This document shows positions 1 to 10,600 of a stretch of DNA of 64,000 bases, in pieces. Source of the DNA: Rhizodiscina lignyota (taxonomy: Eukaryota); the NCBI GenBank assembly GCA_010015805.1, contig ML978124.1, forward strand, positions 1,426,001 to 1,490,000, in the 5' to 3' direction. The number at the start of each line of letters is the position of its first letter. Within the stretch, counting starts at the first letter, position 1. The position numbers were made by a program, and so were the translations under genes. The notes under the pieces are model-generated. The model was not told the origin of the DNA. It saw nothing but the letters and a program-made list of their open reading frames with translations, and searched no databases.

Positions 1-640
1 TAGTCCCATTGCCCATCCTGAGTATGATAGCAATGTCTTCCCGGGAAGGATATGCTGCAAGGAGAGCTTGCGAGACTTTTTCATATTTGCCTGCATCAGA
101 AGTGGAGGTTCTGGCGGGTGTGGGCGTCTGAGAAGCTGGCGTGCGAAATGCCGACGTCGAGTGATGTGCGCCTTCGTTTGCTTGAGGGAAACTTTCCTGG
201 AGAGATTTTTAGCAACCAGTGACGGAAGTTTGAGTGGTTGTGCCCACCGGCGAGAGCTCATTCAAGGACATGAACGGGGTGTGCTCAGAGTCAACAGGCG
301 TGGGAGCAGCAGGTCTAGGTCTTCGGCCTTCATCAGACGTTGACTGAGCTCCATCTCTTGCAGCACTATGATCGGCCTTCTCAACCAGCTGGCTTAGCAG
401 CGCTTCGACGCGTATAATGCGGCCGGCACTATCCTCTACCTGACTGGGCTCTTCAGGCAGCTCCTGACTGATGCACTTTGTACTGCGCCGCTGACAGGTG
501 ATGCACACTGCATCTGTGGCCGATGCAAACATGCACCGTACCTTTCTTCGCTTGCACTCCCAGCAGCTGTGCGTTCCCTTCCGCACTCTCCTGCGCTTGG
601 CTTGAGGTTCAAGGCCCTCATGTTGCTCGTCGGAAGCCAT
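1..640 (-). CDS. Zn(II)2Cys6 transcription factor, 5' part only (runs off the window start)
   Basis: RKGTHSCWECKRRKVRC...CITCQRRSTKC binuclear-cluster motif; probable intron at about 247-197 (GTGGGC...GCTAA...CCAG) continues the gene. Confidence 0.9.
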
Positions 641-791
641 GTGTCCAGCGGATGAAGCTAATCGGGGCTGGGTGATTTCCGTACGCTTAGCTCCGTCCCA
701 TTGCTCGTCGGAGATGCCTCTGAAGTCATTTATCGAGATGAATCAGTCCGATCAGTTGCGAATGAGGCGAGAACGTTTATTGCTGGATCGT

Positions 792-846
792 CCGCCGACT
801 CGGCGGTCTTATTTGGTATGCGCCGAGTTTTCGGCCGAGTTTTCGG
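792..846. promoter_or_regulatory. CGG/CCG-rich elements upstream of the first TF: inverted repeat CCGCCG-ACT-CGGCGG (792-806) and perfect tandem CCGAGTTTTCGG x2 (823-846)
   Basis: Read directly; CGG triplets are the known Zn2Cys6 half-site. Confidence 0.45.
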
Positions 847-1370
847 GCCAAGTCATGGGCAACCCTTGTCCGCTCAGGGGCTGTCAGGAATGAAAACATT
901 GCCTCACGGTCGAAGACAGTTGGTTCTCTGACTCGTTGGCTGGTGTGAACGCGCCTTATCTGCCACCTACCTAATCCACGTGGGCCTCCCAGTATCCTAC
1001 GCCATTGAGGCTTTACTTAACATTGCAAGATGCTATTGAGCATCGTGGGTTAAAATATTTCAAGTTGATACTTTGGTTGGACGTGACAAGGAAGCTATCC
1101 TCAAGTGCAAAGTACCAGACTGCTAAGGTGATATGCTCTTCTGTGGGTACGATAAACGCTAAGGCGCAGTTGTCTTGATAGATACTGTCTAGACCGGATT
1201 GAATTGAGCTTTCAAAGATGCTCTCGCCTGCCTCGAATAGTAAGACCTGCACGTCGACAACTGTAACACTTCTTCTCGGATTCAACAATTAGGTTGTTGC
1301 TCTCGAGGTTGACGTAGAGTATCTGTGTCTTACACGACTCAACTCGCTCTGACTAAGCCGTATGCACGAC

Positions 1371-2279
1371 TCAAGCGAAAAGGAGGCTGGGATTTTCAAC
1401 CCAGAACTTCTGCCACGTCGTGTCATCTGTTATCCACTCTCTCAGTTTCTGGATATGGGCCGCATTTGGAACCTCCCGAAAGCCTTCTACAGTCTCTAAG
1501 CGCTGCTTCTCTGTCATCCCCGTGCGCCCTTTCCCGAGCTGCGTGTGTGGCCAATCTGAGCCGAAGATAATCTGCGTCGGCCCTGCTTCAATGATGGCTT
1601 TTGCGAGAGGTGTCAAGGAGTCTATGCCCTCTGGGATGCCATTGTACAATCTCTCAAAGCCTGAGAGCTTGACCCATAGGCGCTTCTCTTTAACCAAGTC
1701 CAGGAACTTGCCGAATTCTTCCAACTTCTCCTCCCCCGGAAACGTGCCCCCAAAATGGTCGGCTACAAACTTGATCTTTGGATACGCACGAACTGTAGGG
1801 GCTAGATCAACCCAAGTCCTGAAGTCGCAGAATACATCCACGATCCACTCATGCCGTGAGTCTTGTGATAGTCGCTTCGCCAGAGCGTCAACCTCCTTGA
1901 TCAGCGGTTCCGAACTAGGCCGGCTCTTTGCCTCCCACGCCATCCTATGCAGGCGTGCACCTCGCACGCCAGCGGCATACAGGTGGTTGAGCTCGTCATC
2001 TGTGACGGTATCTGGGACAACCGTTGCAAGGCCGCGTAGCTTGTACCCATCGAGCTTCTTCTCTTCGCTAATCGCCCCGAGCAGAGGCTCAGCTGAATTC
2101 CCCTGCATCGACGCGTGCACAATGACAATGTTTTTGCAGCCGGTGACATCGTTTGGGTAATCTGTTATCAGAGCTGCTTTGGGGGTATACGTGCGTGGTA
2201 TTGCGTATGGGAATTTATCAGGCATGAACACATGAATATGGGTTTCCCAAGCCCCTTCTGGTACCAGTTGATTTCCCAT
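1371..2279 (-). CDS. Amidohydrolase_2 / COG3618 family (2-pyrone-4,6-dicarboxylate lactonase LigI-like), intronless
   Basis: Motifs WETHIHVF, AGVRGARL, DHFG, WVKLSG, FGSDWPHT, ENP; first ATG at 2279 (the ORF-track start at 2333 is TTG). Confidence 0.85.
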   Translation of the reverse strand: MGNQLVPEGAWETHIHVFMPDKFPYAIPRTYTPKAALITDYPNDVTGCKNIVIVHASMQGNSAEPLLGAISEEKKLDGYKLRGLATVVPDTVTDDELNHLYAAGVRGARLHRMAWEAKSRPSSEPLIKEVDALAKRLSQDSRHEWIVDVFCDFRTWVDLAPTVRAYPKIKFVADHFGGTFPGEEKLEEFGKFLDLVKEKRLWVKLSGFERLYNGIPEGIDSLTPLAKAIIEAGPTQIIFGSDWPHTQLGKGRTGMTEKQRLETVEGFREVPNAAHIQKLREWITDDTTWQKFWVENPSLLFA

Positions 2280-2567
2280 CTTCTTATTTACTTTCTCCTT
2301 TAATCTGTTCCTTTCAAGTGCTCGTGGACGCAATGGACCTTGATCCAGATGCTAAATGGGAAATAACAACCCGGGAGAAGCTTGGATACGTGTGTCTAAA
2401 ACCTTTCCAGGTTCCATGCGTGTGAGGATTTAGTGTACGGCGTTCTTGATCATTAGCATCTACCGCAACCACCCCCGCAACCGGGCATGGAAGATCATCA
2501 CCATCCTTGCGAAGTAGTCGGCGAAGTACAATGTTTGTTCGCCTTGTTTCACTGGCTCTAATTTCTG

Positions 2568-2584
2568 CGGAATGAAAGCCCCCG
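2568..2584 (+). promoter_or_regulatory. CGG-N11-CCG putative Zn2Cys6 site, copy 1 (CGG AATGAAAGCCC CCG)
   Basis: Lies in the amidohydrolase/transporter divergent promoter; matches copies at 6215 and 10400. Confidence 0.7.
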
Positions 2585-2937
2585 ATGCCAAGGCGTGCTA
2601 GACAGGGCAGTTCTCACGGAATTGAACAGACCGTGGTCTCATAAGTCATTGAAACTACAAGCCTTGCATACAGCTGTATGTAAGGAGGAGGAGGAGTACT
2701 GTAGTGCCTGCATACTGCCATGCCTGTGGCAAGCGTCCAACAACCCAGCCAACAACCTCGCACTGCAACCTATTCCCATGCTGAAGAACCCTTCTCCGCA
2801 TTTTACTATACGTAGTACATCGCAATGCTGATCAGGATAAAGTGTGGCAAGTACCTTGGACTTCAATTTCTTCTCGTCTCTCGTTATCATTTTGCTGCTG
2901 TCTCTTCAACTCGCTCTGTTCCATACGATAGTTCACG

Positions 2938-4527
2938 ATGGCGTTACTGCAAGACATCAAGACCATTCCTCGTGACTTTGCGGACGCTCTTCGCATGAAG
3001 CCAGTCCAGTACCTGGTCTGGTTTTGCTGCTGGGCTTGCTGGACCTTGGGGTCACTTGATTTCTATTTGCTTCCCTTCACCACGACGAACATGGCAACGG
3101 CATTCAAGGTTAAACAGACGAAGATTTCTGAAGCAAATACGACCTCGATGCTCTCACGTACCATTGGAGCGTTGATATTCGGGATTGCAAGCGATCAGTA
3201 TGGGCGAAAGATTCCATTGTTGATCGATCTTGTCGTTATGGGCGCTGTCACCCTCGCAAATGGGTTTCTCACGACGTATTCGCAGCTCGTCGGTGTGCGC
3301 TTTCTCTTCGGCGTTTGCTACGGCGGTACGTACGGTTTGGCAATGGCTGCGGTTCTCGAAGCGACACCTCAAAAGGCTAGAGGTATTGTCGCGGGCTCGA
3401 CGCAGCAGGGTTTCGCGGCCGGGTACCTGTTTGCGTCGGGTCTCCATCTGGCGATGAGCAAATACAAGTGGCAGGCCCTTTTCTGGCTCGGTGCTGGGCT
3501 CACAATCCCCGTATTCATCATTCGGCTTGTCACTCCGTCATACTCCGTTGTGGCAGAAGCTGTAAGAGACGCTGAAGGCATTCAACGGGTTACAGAGGCT
3601 GCGGCAGTCGGTGGTGAACTCTCGTTTTGGAAGAAGTTCAAGTTCGTCGCACGTCGTCATTGGGCCGTCTTTATATATGCTATCGGTATGTGAAGTCCTG
3701 AGTGGGCTATTAATGAACTGCTGACTCTGGTAAGTTTTGACGGCATGCTTCAACACTACTGGACATGGATCGATGGACCTGTACCCCACATTTCTTGTTA
3801 CCCAAAAGAAGCTCTCTGTTCTCCATGAGACATGGGTGACTTGCATACTCCAGATCGGAGGCATATCCGGTGGTATTGTCGGCGGCTTCTTGTCAAACCG
3901 CTTCTCTCCTCGGTGGGTTGGAGCGACGGCAGCACTAGCCATGGCACCATGGCTTCCGCTGTGGTGCTTGCCAAAGACGTGGAATCTCCTGGCACTTGGA
4001 GCATTCTTCTTCCAGTTCTTCTACGGTTGCGCGATTGGTAATCTGGGCAACATCATGCAGCAGCTCTGCCCGCATCCAGGTATCCGCGGTGCGTTTACTG
4101 GAGTTGCTTACAACTTGGGCAAGTGAGTATCACTACCTTGAAATTTGTGATAGTCGAAATCAGAGATTCTGACGAGATAATCAGCGCTATATCAAGTATT
4201 GCACCTACAATTGAAACTGCGCTAGGCGAGCGCTTCCCTACCGCCGATGGGACTCCCGATTATGCGAAGACTCAGATGATCCTCGTTGGTATTGTCATTG
4301 CGCTGCTCTCTCTGACCCTTGCGTGCATGCCCACGGGGAATATCAACAGGTATTGGGACAAAGAAGATCCGAATGCTGAGATCCCAATCCACGAAGCCAA
4401 GACTATGGATGACATGGCGATTGAGCCCCAGCCAAGGGAAGGACACAATGCGCCATATGGCGATAAGAAGGCTGACGAGATCGAGCAAGTTGAAGAAGTC
4501 CAGCTGCAGGACATGAAGAAGGTGTGA
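2938..4527 (+). CDS. MFS carboxylate/H+ symporter, JEN1/SHS family (3 exons)
   Basis: Hydrophobic TM pattern, SDQYGRK MFS motif, ARGIVAGSTQQGF, JEN1-like signature NTTGHGSMDLYPT, GVAYNLGN; introns at about 3686-3734 and 4123-4184. Confidence 0.88.
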
Positions 4528-4635
4528 TGGAAACGTATTTATTCATCAGGGCAATCTCGGCCAGGTGGAGGGTAAGGTATTCAAACCACTTCCTCTCAAA
4601 CGACCTGTCAGGCCCTTCCCAGAAGCGGCATTTTG

Positions 4636-5813
4636 CTAGTCTGTAGTACATATTATCTTGCCAGCATTGATGTTTGCCTCCATTCTTCTGTGAGCGTCGG
4701 CAACCTGCGTCCATGGATATACCTTGTCGATTGGTACTTTCATATTTCCAACCGCAAAGTGATACATGCACTTCTCGACGAAGGCATCTCGTAGATTGTT
4801 CTGATATTCGGCAGTCCGGTTCCTCAGCGTCGTCCCCTGGATCATCAGCCGCTTATTGAGGAACACTCGAAAGTCGAGGTCTGGGATAACACTGCCGCTC
4901 AGAGAGGCAACAATAACCATTTTCGCCTCCATCGCGGCCGATGCGACGTTTCGAAGCCAGTAGTCCTTTCCGACAAGATCGACGATCAAGTCGACTCCCC
5001 TGCCGTCGGTTTCCCGCTTTACAACCTCCGCGAAATCTTCCTTTTTGTAGTTTACGGCAACATCGGCGCCCAGGCTCTCGCACAACTTGCACTTCTCATC
5101 TGTTCCCGCGGTCGTAATAACCTTCGCTGCGCCGCCCCATTTAGCTATTTGAATGGCAGATGAGCCGACGCCGGAAGCACCGCCGTGGACGAGGACATTT
5201 TGGCCCTTCTGGAGATTACCGACTAGATATATGGCCTGCATGGACGTGAAGAATGTCTGAGAGTTTGATTAATGTGAATTCGAGATGGCATTGGTGCTGC
5301 ATCACGGCGCTGATGGGGCTGTACCTCTGGAATACCCGCGGCGGTCTCAAATGACATGTCCGGTGGCATGTGAATTAGCATCCTTTCTCGTACGGAAATC
5401 TTCTCTGCATACTACAGCAAAATATCAGAACTAGTTTACTCATCAGCTCCAGGGAAATCCACTCACTGCAGACCCATATGCAAGCCCGAAGACCCTGTCT
5501 CCGATTTTGAAGCCCAGCTTGCCTGCAGTGGAGAATCAGCAATTGAAGTGCAAACTCGCGAATAAGACGACCCACACTCAGGGCCCTTCTCCTCGACAAG
5601 TCCACTGAATTCGACTCCCAAGAGCGGTCCCGATTCTGGAAAGAGGACCAATGGATACACAGACTCTCGTTGCATGATATCCATTCTGTTCAGGCCGAAG
5701 GCTTTGATTCGAACAACAATGCGGTCCGTCTCCGCTACCGGATCTGGGTAGTTGTCGTCCATGAAGAGGTCATCGGCGGTGCCTTTGCGGCCTTTGATAT
5801 CAATTACCCTCAT
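4636..5813 (-). CDS. NAD(P)H quinone oxidoreductase, PIG3/zeta-crystallin MDR family (multi-exon)
   Basis: AFGLNRMDIMQR, LGVEFSG, VLVHGGASGVGSSAIQ, GTTLR, MEANINAGKI. Confidence 0.9.
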
Positions 5814-6214
5814 TCTGGCGATGTTTGGAGGAAGAAGAACGAGAGAAGGAAGGGTATGTGAGAGCTGATATGGACAACAAGCAAATTGACACCTTGAATG
5901 CAGGATAGAAAAAAAAATTAGGCTCGAAATTTGAGAAGGAATTTCGCATGCCGCACGCGTCGCTCAACTTCCCGGCCTATGACCTCGACGCGTCTCTACA
6001 TTAGCAAGCAACGGAAAGCCGCGACCCACGGCGCGAACTACCGTTACGCCACCGTACTAAGATACCTAGGTACATTCAATCGCCTCCTTAGACCTTGCAA
6101 CATGACCAGGGCTTTGGCATCTCTGCACAGCTGACCACATCAGGGAATATCAAGGGAATACCATCTCGATATGAGCATGTCTCCGACCCCGCGTTTGAGC
6201 AGAGTGCGGAGAAG

Positions 6215-6231
6215 CGGAACGAAGATCTCCG
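6215..6231 (+). promoter_or_regulatory. CGG-N11-CCG putative Zn2Cys6 site, copy 2 (CGG AACGAAGATCT CCG)
   Basis: Lies in the reductase/aldolase divergent promoter. Confidence 0.7.
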
Positions 6232-6431
6232 CTATACCGGAGAGAAGGTGACCGGTTTGCCTCAAACACCATGTACAGTAAGAGATATTGACTAGTTCAT
6301 GGTCGAGCGGAAAACAAAGATAAAGGACAGTCGGATTTTCCGAAACTTATCATATTAAAACCAAGTCTCAGTCACGAACGACAACAATTGTACTATCTCT
6401 AAAAGAACTTTAACATCAAATCACACTAAAC

Positions 6432-7390
6432 ATGGCACCAAGCCGGATCACCGCTGAGACTGAGGTTGAACCCGCAGTGATCAGACCGAAGCCAGTGGAC
6501 AAGTTCAAGGACGCATATTTTGAAGACGTCCACTCTCTTGGAGACAAAGCTGGCAAAGTCGTCATCCGGTCTCCCCCAAGATTCGATGATCCCTTAGACA
6601 GCAGGCAATACCAGAAGCAGCACCTTGCCGCAGCTTTCAGGGCCTTTGCAAGACAAGGATATGATGAGGGCGTTGCTGGACATATTTCTCTGCGAGACCC
6701 AATCAACCCAGGTATGCAATGAACACAAAAAGATTTGACAACGTAGAGCTCAATTGCTAACTCTCCCCAGAATGGTTTTGGATCAACCCTCTCTCTCAGC
6801 ATTTCTCGCAAATCCGCGTCTCCGACCTTGTGCTGGTCAATGACAAGGGTGAGGTCCAGCCAGAGGGCAACCAGGCCGCCATCAATGGCCCTGCTTTCTC
6901 CATCCATTCCGAAATCCACAAGGCTCGGCCTGACTTGAACGCCGCCTGCCACGCTCACTCTGTGTACGGCAAGGCCTTCTCCTGCTTTGGCCGTCCAATT
7001 GAAATGATCTACCAAGACGCCATTCGCTTCTACAACGACCTCGCGGTCTATCCCCGCTACGGCGGCACAGTGATATCCACCGAGGAAGGCGCCAGGATCG
7101 CAAAAGCCCTTGGACCAACCTGCCGCAGCGTCATCCTCCAGAACCACGGCATGATCACCTGTGGTAAGACCGTGGACGAGGCAGCGTTCCTGTTTATTGC
7201 CCTCGACCGCTGCTGTCATGCGCAGATGATGGCGAATGCCGCGAGTGGCCCGGATTGGCCGAAGATCTACATCGGGAAGGAAGAAGCTGAGATGACGCAC
7301 AAGAAGAGTGGCAACTCAAGTAAGATGTGGTTGGCGTTCCAGCCATACTATGACCAGGAAGTGCAGACGGATCCTGGTTTGCTTGAGTAG
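6432..7390 (+). CDS. Class II aldolase/adducin-head family protein (MUG14/NovR-like), 2 exons
   Basis: [40 protein letters not shown] metal-binding His; intron at about 6712-6769. Confidence 0.9.
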
Positions 7391-7681
7391 AGAGCTTGCG
7401 AATGATAGAGTCCAAATCTGCCGGTTGGAAGTGACCGAAGCCAGCAATGCGGTTGTTTTTGTACTTTCTTCTCCAATGTCTTACTGAGGCATAATATGGC
7501 ATGACACCAAAACTCTCTTTACTTTTAACACAGCTCTCGGTAGCAAAATGATGGGATCCAGTGAGTCGGATCGCTACCATAGAGTTTGAACTTTTAATAC
7601 AGTTACGAGGCAGTGTGCCTTCGGCTGAGAAGGGCATCAAATAAACTTCGAGTCGGACCAGTCTTGCAAGATCGCGCGACG

Positions 7682-9875
7682 TTATGCTGGGCCGTTCAGG
7701 AAATTCTCGTTCATGAAGCCGAAAAGTAGATCCTGGCTAATTGTCTCAAAGCCAGTGAGATCCTGCAGCTGTGCCATATCCCCAAATGGGAACGTTTCTG
7801 GCACCAGCGGTGAGGTGGTCTCAAACTGGACGGTAGACGGCGTAGGAAGATTTGGCAAGGAGTCGGCTACATTCGAGCGTTAGTCATTGGCATACTTGCT
7901 TCTCATTGGTGGCGAAGAAGGGGTGACTTACCTTCAAACGTCGGAATACCATTGTCCGCCATTAGCTTCCTGATAATATTTGCCAAGTCTACAACTCCGC
8001 CGTTCGGCAGCGACAAAATGTCCAGGAACTTCAGACAGGTGAGGAGAAGTGAGGTGTACTTCTCGCTTTCACTACCTTTGTTCTCGGCCGTCGCGAGGTT
8101 GCGTACATGTATCGAGCAAGCTACGTATACTGCGTAACTCAGCAGGTACGATGCCCGGCGTAGTGGATACGCTGATTGATATGAAAGAACAAGGTTCGTA
8201 ATATTTCTAGCAGCAGCAGTGCACTTCCTCCAGGAGTTTGCCGGGATCTTTGTGGAACGGAGATCGCTGTTTGAGATGAATGGTCGATGCAGCAAGATGA
8301 TACATGCGTGGTACGTCGTCAGCAAGATGAGGACGTTCGGAGCCGGTACATTCGGCAGCTGCGTCGAAGGATTTGATGATGGTTCGAAGACTAGATGCGA
8401 CGGGAGGTTGCGATACCATGAGGAAAGGCTGCTGTCAATGGAATCAAGCTCGGCCTGAGTATTGCTTACGGTTGATCCAACAATATAAAACTGATTGATG
8501 ATCCTTGTCATAACCATGGAAAGCGTGCAAATATTCTGGAAGGTAGATATGGAGTAGATTGGCGTCGCGGCTTTGTTTGAGACGTTGGGGCCGGCATCGG
8601 GATTTTGAGGGTCGATGTAAGGAGTCCAAAGCTCCAACTCTTCTATAGTGTCCATGAAATTGCGGCTCACGTTTGCATCACGCAATTCAATGAAGACCGA
8701 GCGGCCGTGATACAGAGATTGCAGTTTATCAACAACAAACGCACCCCAAAATACGCGTCGGCGGATTTCAACAGTCTCCGCATTTTCTTGACTCTCTTTA
8801 ATGTCAAGGTGTAATCCAAGATCATACACCATGCGAAACGCGTAGCCGGTGTAAAGCCAACCTTTTGAGCTCGAGCCTCTTGCGTTAAACGTTGAGCCCA
8901 ACAGAATGAGACCGATAATGGTTGGAATGCTTGAGTATGTGAGAAGAGACTGCTGTGCAAGCAGCTCGTCACAACGAGCGAAGAATCGTTTATCGCTGAC
9001 GACTTCTGGTCGCTCTGAGTACTTGCTTGAACTTGCAAATACTGCGTTGAGGAGGAAATCAGTGCAGTAAGATCCACCTTCCACAAGCTCCCTCATGAAT
9101 AGCGGTCTGTAGGTAAGATGGAACGTATGATGCTGCCGATTCCAATGCAAATCCAAAAGATGAAGTGCTAAATCGGCAGGGACTCCACGAATATAGTTGA
9201 GGCGTCTAAGTCCGTGCTCTTTCTGGAGTTGCAAGGCAGCATTTGCTGTGAGTTGGAATCGCAAATGCTCGGGCACAGAGGTTTCCATATCCATTTTGTC
9301 GTGCGATAATAGTGCCTCGAGTGCGGACGGTGGCCGCACCGCCGGAGAGCCTGCCATAGGCGGACTTTGGAAACTAGGTTCTTCCGGTGCAATCCATACT
9401 GGAGAGCTCTTGTCGTCTTCATGTTGCGAACTTGACATTGCTCGACTACGCGCCTTGCCGTCCGCATTGGCTTCTGAAGCTGATGCCGTCGTCGACGGCG
9501 GTGAGGGGAGCTGAACTGTGCCATCGTTGACCGTAATATTTTCCAACGCTGAGATCCTCTCTTCTTCGCTACCGTTCTTAAGGCGAATTAAAACATCTTT
9601 GAATGCATCTCGCTCCCTCTGGAGAGCGTGTATAATAGCTTTCGATGGTCTAATAACAAGTCAATCACATGATACTATGGTTCCTCTCAGGGGTATCAAT
9701 CTGCATACCTTTTCTTGGGAGGCTCAATTACATAAACGCACTCGCGGCCATTCGCATTGCATGAACCACAACTTGGTCGTTTCGTATCGCATTTGATTTT
9801 GCGGATTCGACAGAATTGGCATGCTCGGACCGAACTCCGGGGCAGCGATGAGTTTGAAGGAACTCCCGAAGACAT
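7682..9875 (-). CDS. Zn(II)2Cys6 transcription factor with fungal-specific TF (middle homology) domain, NirA-like; 3 exons
   Basis: Exon 1 (9875-9709, not in the ORF track) encodes ACQFCRIRKIKCDTKRPSCGSCNANGREC; it splices in frame to ORF 7903-9546 (GWLYTGYAFRMVYDLGLH, RRRVFWG); last exon ends at TAA 7682. Confidence 0.9.
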
Positions 9876-10399
9876 CGGAATTCAATTGTCCAGTTTATTG
9901 AGCATCGAATGTCTCCGCTGTAAGGGGTCTGTAGCAGAGCACGAACTGAAACTCGCCGCTCGAATTGGTCCGGCGCGAGAACACAACCCGCTGGACAGTT
10001 GATGCTGTGTGGCGGTGGACTTCTCTCCAATCAAGGATCCTGTCTGTCGATGTTGCTCCGATGGACAGAAAAGTTCCGTTGAGCTATCCACAGTGTTGGT
10101 ATAAGGGTTGAGTTCTTCCAATTGATGTTGCTCAATGGAATATGAAGTTTTGGGTCAAAGAATCAATTAAGCGTTTCTGAATCGCGGTGTTCTGAACGAA
10201 GTGGAGTGGAAGTATACAGCCGACGCTATTGCGGGCACCGCTGTGGCCGATTTCCTGCACTCTCAGAGCGAAAAATCGCATTACCCCGCAAGTCAGCGGA
10301 CAGAAATCCCCACAGCAGAGAGGTCCCAAGGTCCTCAAGTGATGTTCGCGTTTGGTTAGACCGGTTGCGCTCTCTGGGTGCCCCGGTTAGCATGCTGAG

Positions 10400-10416
10400 C
10401 GGAGCGAAACCCTCCG
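10400..10416 (+). promoter_or_regulatory. CGG-N11-CCG putative Zn2Cys6 site, copy 3 (CGG AGCGAAACCCT CCG); degenerate copy at 10297-10313
   Basis: Lies in the TF/dehydrogenase divergent promoter. Confidence 0.7.
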
Positions 10417-10600
10417 TAAACTTCGAGCCACCCCCAGCACTCTATCCAAAACACGGAGATATCCAGCTTCGAGCTCCCAAGGAGGCAGAGCACGTGTGCT
10501 GCAGGAGCAGATAGAATTCCGATGTAAAAACCTTTGCACTGAAGACCGCGATTGATTGGCTCTCTGCATTTAGATCGACTTGGACAACTCTTCAACAGCC

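Noticed and set aside
1420..2160. Long antisense ORFs (also 6416-7300, 44448-45110, 49760-50518)
   Set aside because: They mirror well-supported genes on the opposite strand and are explained by codon bias.
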